DNA of 64,000 nucleotides from a virus. Below, piece by piece: positions 28,202-39,700 of the stretch (position 1 is its first letter; every line of letters begins with the position of its first letter). The position numbers were made by a program, and so were the translations under genes. The notes under the pieces are model-generated. The model ran no database searches. It had not been told where the DNA came from and was given only the letters and a program-made list of their open reading frames with translations. Where the stretch lies: IMG/VR virus record IMGVR_UViG_3300045972_000084, positions 1 to 64,000 of that record. One strand, given 5' to 3'.

Positions 28202-30190
28202 ATGGGACTATATTTAGGCGGAATCGCAAACGGTTTCAATGGATTTATGCAGGGCATGGACCAGCAGTCTGCTAGAGAGCAGCTCGCAAAAGACCGAGAA
28301 TTTCAGCAGTCTCAGCGCCAGGTTACTCTCGACCAGCAAGCCAGAGATAGGGACTTGCTCAGTCAGATGCGCAGCGTAAACCCGAACAAGGAAGTTCCTG
28401 TTGATGATGGGTCGGATGCTCCACAGGCCCCGGCCTCAAGCGATGCTTCGACTCAAGCTCCAAGCCAGCAGGCTACTGCTGCTCCAGCGAGTGCGCCAGC
28501 AGCTCCAGTGGATAACGCTCCTACTCCATCGGTAGACGCTACAGCAATCCCACCTTTAAATCCAAATGCAATAAGGGAATCCAGAGACGCATCATCTGCT
28601 CTAGCAACTGGAAAAGATAAATCAACTCCATCCTCAAATTTATCTCCGCTAACTCCATCAAGCGTCGAATCGCAGCCCGCTATTCCAAAGGTTACGGTAG
28701 CGCCAACTGATAGTGGGTTCCAGCCTCCTCCAGCAGGAGACCAGGCTTCTCCTGCGTCCGCTCCAGAATCCACGCAAAATGCAGTAGCTCAGCAACCCCA
28801 AGCAAAGCCGAAGACACGCTTTGTACCGAAGACTCAGGATGAGATGGCGCAAGAGTATGCACAGATTGCATATAAGGCAGGGAAGCCGGAAGAAGCCATT
28901 AAGTACATCGACTACGCAAACAAGGTGGCATTCGAGAGATCCACACGACAGTTTGCTCAGATTGATGCCAGTGCTGAAGGAAAGAGTACCGCCCAGTTAG
29001 CGCAACAGGTACAGCAAGTATTCCATGATGATCCAATGTTTGGAACATTCAAGATCACTGGAGTCGACCCTAAAACCGGCGCAGTGACTATTCTTGCATC
29101 GAATAAAAATACTGGCTATTCCACTACCAAGACTTTTACAAATCCTGGTCAACTCATGGACTCCATGCGCGCGTACTACACGCCCGACATGTTCAATCAA
29201 ATGCGCCAGGCTGCGGCTTCTGCTAAGTACAAGCAAATGTCAGAGCACTTCAATCTTAAAGCTGGTGAAGTTGCTTTCGATGGAACTGGAAGATTGATCG
29301 GAAGTAATACGCAGGCTCCAAAAGGATTCGAGTGGGTCAAGGATCAGTTTGGTAATAACACTGGTGAGCTGCACAAGATGTCGACAGGGGACGGAGAGAT
29401 GGCTGCAGATGCTAAGGTTGCTGCAGCAGAGGCTCGCAAGAAAGCTGATAAGGATGTTGGGTATTCAATAATTAAAGATAGCTTCAAGGATCAAGGGGAC
29501 GCAAAGAACATTGGTCCTGCAACTAGCATCTATGAAAATATCCTGGCGAATAGCAATGATCCTGGGATGACTCCACAGACTGCTGCTGGAATTGCCATGA
29601 GGGCTGTACAAGCTGGAACTCCATTCACAGAAACTCTTGACCCAGCAACTGGGTACATAAATCAACATCTTCCTGACTACGCTCAGGTAGATAAAAAGAC
29701 TGGACTTCCATCTGGTCAAGCTACAAATACCAATCATCTCATTGGATCTAGGACTTATAGCGGAGAGTCAGATCCAATATCTGCAGTGAAAATGAAGGAG
29801 TACGTTAATAAGTGGACATCATCTTTGCCAAAGAATGAACTCACAGAATATCAAAGCGTTACCACCCCAGAAGGTGCTGCCAAATACAACACAGCAGTTG
29901 CTGGAGTTATTGATAAGGTAAAGCAAAATTTTCAAGCTGAGCGTTCTGCCGCTAAAAATAGCCAAGAACAAGAATCTGCATTGAATAAGTACCAGGCTGC
30001 TATGGATAAGATAGCAGCAGACCAGCGTAAGGTAAATTTATTCCGCCAGTTTTATACGCCACCACCAGCTCCTACGCAGGCAGATTCAAGCCCTGGCATT
30101 GTTAATAAGCTTTCTAATTTTATTGGCGGAATTGGTAGTGCTGTGGGGTCTGCAAATTATCGAAGTGGATCAGCTACTCAACGCCTATAG
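28202..30190 (+). CDS. Internal virion/ejection protein candidate (662 aa) with P/A/S/Q low-complexity N-terminal third
   Basis: Position and composition. Confidence 0.45.
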   Translation: MGLYLGGIANGFNGFMQGMDQQSAREQLAKDREFQQSQRQVTLDQQARDRDLLSQMRSVNPNKEVPVDDGSDAPQAPASSDASTQAPSQQATAAPASAPAAPVDNAPTPSVDATAIPPLNPNAIRESRDASSALATGKDKSTPSSNLSPLTPSSVESQPAIPKVTVAPTDSGFQPPPAGDQASPASAPESTQNAVAQQPQAKPKTRFVPKTQDEMAQEYAQIAYKAGKPEEAIKYIDYANKVAFERSTRQFAQIDASAEGKSTAQLAQQVQQVFHDDPMFGTFKITGVDPKTGAVTILASNKNTGYSTTKTFTNPGQLMDSMRAYYTPDMFNQMRQAAASAKYKQMSEHFNLKAGEVAFDGTGRLIGSNTQAPKGFEWVKDQFGNNTGELHKMSTGDGEMAADAKVAAAEARKKADKDVGYSIIKDSFKDQGDAKNIGPATSIYENILANSNDPGMTPQTAAGIAMRAVQAGTPFTETLDPATGYINQHLPDYAQVDKKTGLPSGQATNTNHLIGSRTYSGESDPISAVKMKEYVNKWTSSLPKNELTEYQSVTTPEGAAKYNTAVAGVIDKVKQNFQAERSAAKNSQEQESALNKYQAAMDKIAADQRKVNLFRQFYTPPPAPTQADSSPGIVNKLSNFIGGIGSAVGSANYRSGSATQRL

Positions 30191-30199
30191 GACAGTCAA

Positions 30200-30790
30200 A
30201 TGCCTATTTCATTTCTTAATGAGTTAATGAGTAGCTATAGCGGTAAGACTGCACCTTCAGTCAACCCATCATCTTCTGGGAAAGTTACGTTAGCACCAGG
30301 GTCTTCATCGGTCATAGGATACAAAGATCCAGCATGGGATAGCGCTGAACAAAATGCTTCCAGCAAGACCGGGGTTCCAGTGGAGCTAATCAGGTCGATA
30401 CGAGTCAATGGTGAGAAGAGTAACTCCGATCAAGTTAGCCCAAAGGGAGCTCGCGGAGTTTATCAATTCATCCCATCTACCCGCAATGCATTCAAGGAAA
30501 AGTATGGAGTTGATGCGTACAGCAATGACCCAAATGAACAAGCCTTAGCAGCAGCACATCATCTTAATGAAGGCTACCAAAGAACAGGTAGTTGGGGTAA
30601 AGCTGCTGCTGGTTTCAATGGTGGAATATCCGGAGAACGCGGAACCAATAAAACTCAAGAAAACAAAGACTATGTAAAACGTGTCATGGGTGGAATTACG
30701 CAGCGTACATCTCTAAATGATGATGACTATAGCGATGCGTGGAGTAACGATAAATTTGCAAGTACGGACGATACCGATCAAACTGCCTGA
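30200..30790 (+). CDS. Lytic transglycosylase (SLT domain) virion protein
   Basis: VNGEKSN (catalytic Glu) ... GARGVYQFIPSTRNAF ... matches the SLT motif set. Confidence 0.75.
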   Translation: MPISFLNELMSSYSGKTAPSVNPSSSGKVTLAPGSSSVIGYKDPAWDSAEQNASSKTGVPVELIRSIRVNGEKSNSDQVSPKGARGVYQFIPSTRNAFKEKYGVDAYSNDPNEQALAAAHHLNEGYQRTGSWGKAAAGFNGGISGERGTNKTQENKDYVKRVMGGITQRTSLNDDDYSDAWSNDKFASTDDTDQTA

Positions 30791-30797
30791 GAAAAAT

Positions 30798-33700
30798 ATG
30801 AGCGAAACACAATTTTCTTCTTTGAACAAAATTCTTGCAGATTACAACAAGTCTGGAGATTCTCCATCTATTTCACACCCAGTTAATTCAATGGATGGGC
30901 AGGTTGGATTAGCGCAACCAACACAATCTCCAATGGGCTTCATGGACCATGTGTCAGACGTTGGAAATTCTATCGTTCAAGGTGGCAAGGATTTAGTTCG
31001 CGGCGGATCTGACATGGTTCGGTCAACCGTAGGAGGATTTGCAGATCTTGGGAATAAGGCTGGCCTTGTATCTGATGAAACAAAAAACTCCATTGATGAG
31101 TCGAATGTCAAAGCCATTGGTGAAAACCTGAAAGAGGCTGAGGCTCCTGACCGGTATAAGCCGAAAGGACTATCTGGAGAGGTGGCGCTTGGACTCACTC
31201 ATGCCGCCCCAGCTATTGCGGTATCCATGATCCCCGGCGTTGGCCAGGTGCTTGGCCCGGCCGCCTTCGCAATTCAAGGAGCTGGCGCTGGATTTGATGC
31301 TATTGCCCAAGGTGATAGCCTTAATAATGCACAGGCAAAAGCCATTGGCCAGGGAGCGCTCAACACTGCACTTGGCCATGTTGTAAGTGGATCTGGGAAT
31401 GCTCTTCTGTCAAAGGTTCCGGTAGTAGGCAGGGCATTTGAACAAACAGCCGCAGACACCCTCCCAGCCGTTGGCGCAAGGTTCGCGCAGGGTGCTGGAT
31501 CGATGGCTGCATTTAAGCCTGCTGGGGCTGCAATTGATGCGGCTGCAGACTATGCCACTGGAGAGATGAAGAATCCTGATGGCACGGATAAGACATATGA
31601 CTGGAAGCCAGGTGCGGCTGATCTTTTGATCGGTGGCTTCATGGCAGTACCGCACTCCGTCTCCGAGTACGCCAGCCGCAATAAGATGCCTGCACAGGCT
31701 ACTCTATTCTCTGACGGCTCAACAGGTGTAGCTCATAAAAATGGCACCCTGTTCTCATCTTCTTCTGCCGCAGAATCATTTATCCAATCCAATAAATTGG
31801 ATGGAGCTACCGTAGCTCCAGTCACCAAAGGAATGTTCGACAAGAACTCCAAGGATGACAAGGTTCTCGGATATGTTGTAAAGCCACCGATAGATATCAC
31901 CCCAAGTGGTGGACAAACATCTGAAGCAATTCCCCCTACCGATCCGGTAACTCAATCCCTCACAGATTCTGCCAATAAAGGCGGGCCACTATCTACCGCT
32001 GTATTGGCGGCAGACCCCATTGGCCAACGTGCCAGTGAAGTGGAGGTCATGCTTCGCTCAGGAGATCTCCTGGAGAAGGTGCGCGCCATTGATCCTTCTG
32101 GCGCAACTCCGTTCCTGGATGCATGGCGTACGGCTCAAAACAAGTCCCTTCCAGAGCAAGTTAGACAAACAGCGCTGAATCAAGTTAATCAGGTAATGGA
32201 TCTGGTTAAGCAGCGCCAAGCGAAAGACCTCGCACAGCAGGTTGGATCGCAAATGCCAAACCTGGAGCAGCAAGGCCCTGGTGTTGAGATCAATAACGGC
32301 CTACCAAGCTCCATCACTCAGGCGGGCCACCAGTGGTCTGAGATGTCTGGATCGACTCCGGCAGAAGACATGGCTGCGCAGAAAGCCCAGGCTCTCCAGG
32401 AGCAACAAGCGCAGGAAACACAACCCTCATCTGATGCGCCAATTATCCAATCCGGACCCCGTGAGCGACAAGCAAAGCGGGATGCCGAATTGGCTGGGCA
32501 ACGATGGCAAGATAAACAACCTATAGGCAACCCAGCCTACGAATCATCACCCTACCCAGCGCCCTCCACAGAGGGCGTTTCCACATCTGGAGATCTGAAT
32601 GGCACAAAGGATGGAGCTCAACCCGTTCCTGGAGTCAGCACACCTACAGGGCGCGCTATCGATGCAGGCAGCGTGGCTCCTGGAGATGTCGGAAGAGATG
32701 GACTGGCAGCTAACCAAGAGCGGCCACCTGTTAGTAGCGTGGGTGAATTGGGTAAACAGTCCAGTGGATCAAGCAACTCAACAGTAGGAGAAGGTCATGG
32801 CAATGAAGCCACTCAAGCCATCCAAGCAGAAACGCAAGGATCGCCGGAACCATCCAGAACAGCAGTAGAGCCTGAAGCGCAGACAGTTACCCCCGCAGGA
32901 GATGGTCCGGCAGATGTTCGCCGTCGCAAGGCGCAGCTGTCCAGCATGATCTCTAAGGGATTTAGCGATGCCGAGCGCCGCGATGATGGAAGCTTCTGGC
33001 TGATTAATCACCGTACCAATGAGGAAATGAAGCTGGATGGACCGGCAGACTTCCAGCGCGCACGCACCCTTACTGAAAATGCTATTAAGGAAAAGGCAGC
33101 GGAATCCCCAAGCTCGCCTCGCAATGAAAAGAATGAGCCAAGTAAAGCCCAGATTGATGCTAACAACTACGAGCAACCGGAGACAGAAAAGCTTGGCTTT
33201 CGTGTTGGAGTTGAACAAGATGTAGGGTCTGAGCGCAAAGGAATAGATGAGCAGGGCAAGTCATGGCGACAAGTAATGCGGCACATCTATGGAAAGATTA
33301 AAGGGTTCGGCAAGGGGTTCGATGGCGATGAGCCAGATGCCTTTGTTGGCCATGGCCGTCGCATATTTGTGATCGACCAGACTAAGCCGGACGGAACCTT
33401 TGATGAGCATAAGATCATGCTCGGCTTCAAGGATGAGGAAGATGCACGCCAATCCTACCTAAGCAACTATGAAAAGGGTTGGAACCGCATTGGCGCAATC
33501 ACGGAGATGCGTCCCCATGAATTGCGTCAATGGCTCAAGAATGGTGGAGCACTAAAACCTGCAAAGCCTTATGATCCTGTGACGAATACAGGGGTTAAAT
33601 ATGCAGCAGTTCATGGAGTCGATAAGTCATCTTCCGAAGGAAAAACAGATGGCCAAGATCGAGCAGGAGATCAAGGAGTGGACCGAACTGGCGGACAGCC

Positions 33701-36700
33701 AGAGGACATCGGACTGCGCGACTCCAGTATTGGAAGCCTTGCACAAAGTGGATCAGCTCTTCGAGATTCTGAAAAAGATGCGGCAGACGTAGCATCTACC
33801 GCACAAAAGCAAGGGAGAGAAATTTCTCTTGCTAACCCAGAGCATCCGGCCACGCGCGCGATCAATGCTCTGCTTGATGTTATGGCGGGTCTCACTGGAC
33901 ATCGAGGGATTGCAGTATCGGATACCGGACGCGGAGCATCTGACGGTTTCTATGATCCATTGACAGATCGATATCACGTCAATGTCGATGCGCCTCAAAT
34001 GAACGTAGCCAAGACTATCGTTCATGAGTTTGGTCACCTGGCCAAAAAATACCCTGGCATCGCTGCACTCTATAGCGAGATGTATCGCCTGATTCCAGAG
34101 AATATCAAACGCGAATATTTTGAGAAGTACAAATTCAAAGGACAGTCTTTTGATTCTGCAAATGGGAAGCAGCTTCACCTACTTGAAGAAGAGATGATCA
34201 ATGACTTCCTTGGCGGCCGGATGCATGACAAGGAATGGTTGGCAGACTTGGCAAATAAGAAGCCAAATTTATTCCAGAACTTTATCAAAGAATGGATACC
34301 ACTACTCGACAAACTCATCACAGAACTGCGTGGAATCCTTGGGTCAGAGCGCGATAGTGGCCTGCAACAGAAGGACATTGATGAGCGAATGATTTCTGGC
34401 GGACATCTGGATCAGCTTGAACAGATGAAGCGCATTGCCATGGATGTTGCTGAGGAGTGGGCAAAGAACCGCCCTGCGTACGCTGAGCGCGCTGGAATCA
34501 ATGACATTCTTGTGAAGCACAGTTCACGCGAAGATCTCCAAAAAGAGATGGAAGATGAGCTTAACGGTCGATCTGTTTCAGATGAGGATATCAAGGCCAA
34601 AGGCCGCATGGCAGAAGATGCCTACCCAGATCTGGAATGGAAGCCAGACAGCTCCGGGTTCCAAGAAACAACCATGGCACCGAGCGAAGGAAAGCATCAG
34701 CAGCGCATTGAGATGAATGAAGATCTGCGATCTGACCTTTGGGAAGGTGGAATGAATAACACCTGGGTTGGACCGAGCCTGGACGAGCGTGATGGATACG
34801 CGACCAAGAAAGGCGCTAGGGACTTCTTCCGTCGCCAGGTTGCTGCTATTGATTTGCGCAACCGTAAGTTTGACCTAGCCAATACCGTTGAGAAAAGTAA
34901 GCTTAATGAGTTGGTGAGTGCGTGGAAAACCATGGAAGAGATCGATGGCGCGCACCGGTACAGAGGAACCCTGCGCTCCGACATGTCTCTCAAGGATATC
35001 GCCAAGAGCATGGGCGTCACCGACAAATACGATGTGTCCATTATGAAGGCTCCTAGTGAGTTGGGTGAACACTCCATTAGCGTCACTTTTGTTGATAAAA
35101 AGACCGGCGCTAGCTATGGAGCCACCCTAGATCGTCATACCAAAGATGGTCAGAGATTCCTAACGGCCAATACGATTGAGCTTGGAAAGAGTGGACTTGG
35201 TGGAGCTTTCTATCAAATGGCTGCAGAGTTCGCCGCGCGCAACGGTATGAAGCTGCACCCGGAAGATTCTCTATCCGGAATCAATGCCTACCGCCGCACT
35301 GAACAGCAACTGTCTGCTGCGCTGCGAACAGATAAATCTAACGTCATGGTTCCGCATAAGGTCCAGCGCGTACATGGATTTGAAGATGATGCAACTCGTC
35401 AAGAGCAGCATGATGCAAACCTTGGTCGATTGATATTGGCTGGAGTGCGCAATGCGAAAGAGCTCATCCCAAGCTTTGAAGCTCTTAGATACTCTCCAGA
35501 GATGGGGACGTTTACCGACACCAAAGGTGTGGACAGAGAAAAAGCAATTACTCAAATTCTGAATAGCCCAGACTCGCGCGCATTTGGCATGGGTCGATCT
35601 ACCTTGGCCCGGGCAGTCATGTCAAATATGATTCTCAAGGGAGAACTGTCTGCAAAAGATGTTGCCTCATTCAAGGAGCCTGTCCTTTATAGCGCACGCG
35701 ATGAGGCAGCTCAGCAATATCGAGATGTGGAAGATGAGTATCGAGGTACTGAGCATTGGATGAAGGCCCCCAATGGGAAGCCAACAAAACTGAATGAGCG
35801 CCAATGGGTCCAGGCGCGCACACCAAACTTCCTGAAGTGGTTCGGTGACTGGACCAAGGGTGACATCTGGGGCCGTGACGATGTGTCCAAGGTTGTCGAT
35901 GAGAATGGAGAGCCATTGGTCGTCTATCACGGAACTGATAAAGGGGGCTTTTATTCCTTCAACGAACCTGGTGGGAAAGACCGTGGTGACTTAGGAATAT
36001 TCACGACAAGCAATGGATCAATGGCGGAAAGTTACATCCGAAAAGGTCATGCCAAAGACCTAACTCCATTGAATGATCAGCAGAAGCTGGACGATGCTGG
36101 TATTGAAATTTATGAATACCAGGGAAGGGAATCTTCCAAGGCAACAAAAGACGAAACATTCTATGGGTATCGCTCGTCTTGGTCTGGAGATGAGAGTGGA
36201 TATTCATCAAAGGAGGAGGCTCAGAGCGCTGCAATAAGCCTTATTGAAGAGGGCGATGATGGAAGCACTAAGCCAGGTGTCTACGCCACATTCCTGAATC
36301 TTCGCAACCCCTACGAAACAAATTTCGAGGGCGCGATGTGGAGCGGCGAGAGGCATGACCAATTTATGGTGCTGGATAAGGATGGGGAGCCGATCTACAC
36401 AGACGACGGCCGCCAATTCATGGATAACGCTGAAGCCATTGATCTTGCGGATGCAAGGGGTGGCCAGGTAACTGATGCCGACTCTCACTGGGAAACCACC
36501 GATAGCGCCGTGCGCAATGGACGAAATGGTCATGACGGAACCATCATTCTCAATGTCGTTGATGACGGCGGTGGAGTGGGTTATGACATGGAGCCGTCCG
36601 ATGTGTTTGTTGCAAACCATGCAGATCAGCTGAAATCTGCAGACTTCAACACTGGAGAGTTTGGCGATACCGATGACATTCGTTACAGCGAAAAATCAAA

Positions 36701-39700
36701 TGAACGAGAGTACAAACTAGACATCAAGATGGAAGAGCGATCAACTTTAAAGACAGCACGTCTAAGCGAGGAAGAACAATCTGCAATCGCCTCAGCAGCC
36801 AAGGATCTTGGCCTGTCTGATGTAGCAGTGGCCAAGGTTATTGAGTCAGCAAAGGAAACAAAGAAGCGCTTCCCAGTATCGAAAGGTTGGGCACCAGCAG
36901 AGGTGATTGGTATCTACTTCAAAAAGGATGACGATGAACTCCCAATCCCTGGCACTGAAGAACCAAAGTTCAAAGTAATACCTTACGGATTCAATATCCC
37001 TCCAGGTGAGAAGAGGGCTCCAGCTAAGATCGATGAGAAGTGGATGTCGCAGGTAACTGACAAGTTCCATGGTCTCGTTGAAGACCTGTACAAGCGATCA
37101 GACGCTGGCGACAAAAATGCCCAGACCATCATTGCGCACCAGACCTGGTATCGGAACGTGGCCGAGGTGCTGCGCCGCGAGTATGGTGCACAAGGTGACC
37201 TCTTGGCAGACTTGCTTGGAGCTATAAGCCCTAACACACCAGTAGACACGAACTGGCGTTTTTCTCTGGACATCCTGCGCAGGTTTGTCCGTGGCGAGTT
37301 CAAGCCTCTCATGGAGAATTTCGTCAAATACATTGAGGCCGGTGGAGCTCCATCTAAATACCCGGCAGCAGAGAAGATCCGCCAACTCAGCGGGAAGCTC
37401 TATGGAATGAACTCCGGCAATGCCATGGTGGCCATGGCCAACCTCTGGAGAAACATTGAGTCCGGCCAAGCGCCAAAGGCGCGCAACTTTGCGCTCAACC
37501 TGATTGGCCAATCCAACATGGCCACGATTGACGTATGGGCCGCTCGCATGCTACGCCGGGCAGCCAACCTAGTTCGTGGTGCCGACTTGCCACGCATCCC
37601 CCCATCGTCTGAAGCTGGCGTGTCTGGCGTCTGGAACGCAGATGCAACCAAGGTAACCGGTGCATTCGGCTTCGGTGCTGAGGTCATGCGCAGGGTGTCT
37701 GAGCGCATGCAGAAGGATGGTCGCAATGTCACCCCACCGGATCTGCAGGCAATTGCCTGGTTCGCAGAGAAGGAATTGTGGGGCACTAAAGGCTGGACCA
37801 CCAAGACGGGCGAGGGTGGATCGTTCGAGGAGAACATCTCCGCGTCTCCCGTGGAGCGCTACCTGGCCGGTTGGAGTATCCAGCAGGGCGAGAAAGCGCC
37901 TGAGCCAGGAGATGTGTCGACCGCCCAGGCGCGCGTTATGGCTATGCTCATTGGGGACGACAGCGTTGTAGCCGCCCGGGCACAGCCAACATTCGGCCTG
38001 TACGGCGGCGTCATTGAGCACTCATTCGACACCGAGTGGACTGTCACCAAAGGACAGCATGACCCTTCACTGGTAATGGCTGAAATTGCCAAAGTCAGTA
38101 AGGAAAATGGTCAATATGACATCTTTGTCTCCAGGGTGATACACCCAGATGAGCGAAGTGCTAACGCTCGGCCCGGCGTTGAGATATATTTCAAAACGAA
38201 GCGCGATCTTGAGGCGGCAATGCCGGTCCTTAATGAGTTCACATCACGCGGTCAGGATGGCTTTACTCTGGCAACAGACATGCGATCCAAGCCCGGCGAG
38301 TTCATTGGGGTTCGACTGCAGTACGTTCCAGAGATTTCTATGCGCTGGGATGAGGGTCTTCGCAAGGAGCTTATGGCTCCTGGCGGGATTGAGAAGGTAC
38401 TGAAGGAAAAGTTCGAGGCATTGCGTGACATTGCGCGCGATGTCCAATTGATGAATGGGGTTGCATACGCCAGCACCCATTTGTATGACACGGTGGTGAT
38501 TGGGAAGGAGAACTACGATGAGTACATTGATCGAGCAGCTGGAGGAGGACATCCCAAGGATGGAGGCCAAGTATGGTTCGGACGACCAGTTCGTGAAGGA
38601 CTCGAAGGAGCAGTTGCGCGCTATGAAGGAAAACGTGGGCAAGTCGACGCAGGACGTGTACCGGATGCAGGCAGTGAACTTCAGTCCGTCAAAAACAGTA
38701 GCCGGGACGAAGGACATAGCGGACGGGATGGAGCGCCAGATCAACGAACGATTCGGAGCGCTATCCACTACGGACAAAGACCGGGACTAAAAGTTCTATC
38801 CGGGTCCAGTCACGGAACTGGGCTCAAAGGAGCTGAGTATGACAGGCTTAAAAACACAACAGACCCGCGACTCACGAAGCGGGTTTATTTTTATGCTCCA
38901 GTCGAAGGAGGCATACCACAGCCTGAAATCGGCCTGGGAGGAAGCGTTTATAGAGCCGACCTCGAAGGCATCTATGACCTACGCACCGCAAACCAACCCA
39001 TCCGTGGAGCAGGTAATAGTTTTGAATCAGCGCTGCTTGACGCTGGATACAAGGGTTACATCAACCCCGAGCAAGGAACCATTGTTGTCCTAAACCAGGA
39101 TGTTCCGGTGGAGCACATTGGCGGGATCGGAGATCACAAGGTTATCCAGCGCCGCAATGAACGTACTATCCCTAGAGTAGAAACGCGCCAGGAAGGCGCA
39201 GAACTCGTTCGGCAGCCTCAAGGCCAGGAGGCTATGGACCTGGTTCAAAACAAGGCTGCAATCAAGGATGCGGCCCCGTCCTACCGCATGGAGTACGGGC
39301 ACGCCCGCGTGCTGAAGAGCGAAGCGCCAAAGGCAGACGCCGTCCTGGCCAAGGCCGGGTCTACTTTCCAGTTTGGTGATATTCGCCACAGCTCGCGCGA
39401 TCTAGGCTTCTACTCTGAGCTATCCAAGCAAGTTGAAAAAGCCACCATGAAGCAGGCCCCGTCCGGTGCATGGAAGTCCTACATCAAGGCCTTGACCCAG
39501 AAGGGCGTGAAGGCGGATGAGATCGAGTGGACTGGCGTCAATGATTTCCTGGATCTGAAAGACGGCAAGGTATCGAAGGATGAGATCCTGAAATTCCTTG
39601 ACGGTAATGGAGTCCAGATCAATGAAGTGACGCTTGGAAGTCCGAAGGCTGATGTCGAAAAGGTAAGCGCCAAGATCGGCCACCTCGGCTACGAAGCCTA

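Noticed and set aside
33300-33345. FDGDE string as a two-barrel RNAP DxDGD catalytic motif (crAss-like or N4-like virion RNA polymerase)
   Set aside because: The context (YG.I.G...DGD..D.F.G) fits a pyrophosphatase-like block better. I saw no T7/N4-type motifs (T/DxxGR, R-x3-K-x7-YG) or a second barrel motif elsewhere in the protein.
37660-38403. Other alternate-frame ORFs (103 and 84 aa) inside the giant gene
   Set aside because: They have R/C/S/W-rich, non-protein-like translations and no SD. Only the 38,518 ORF stood out.
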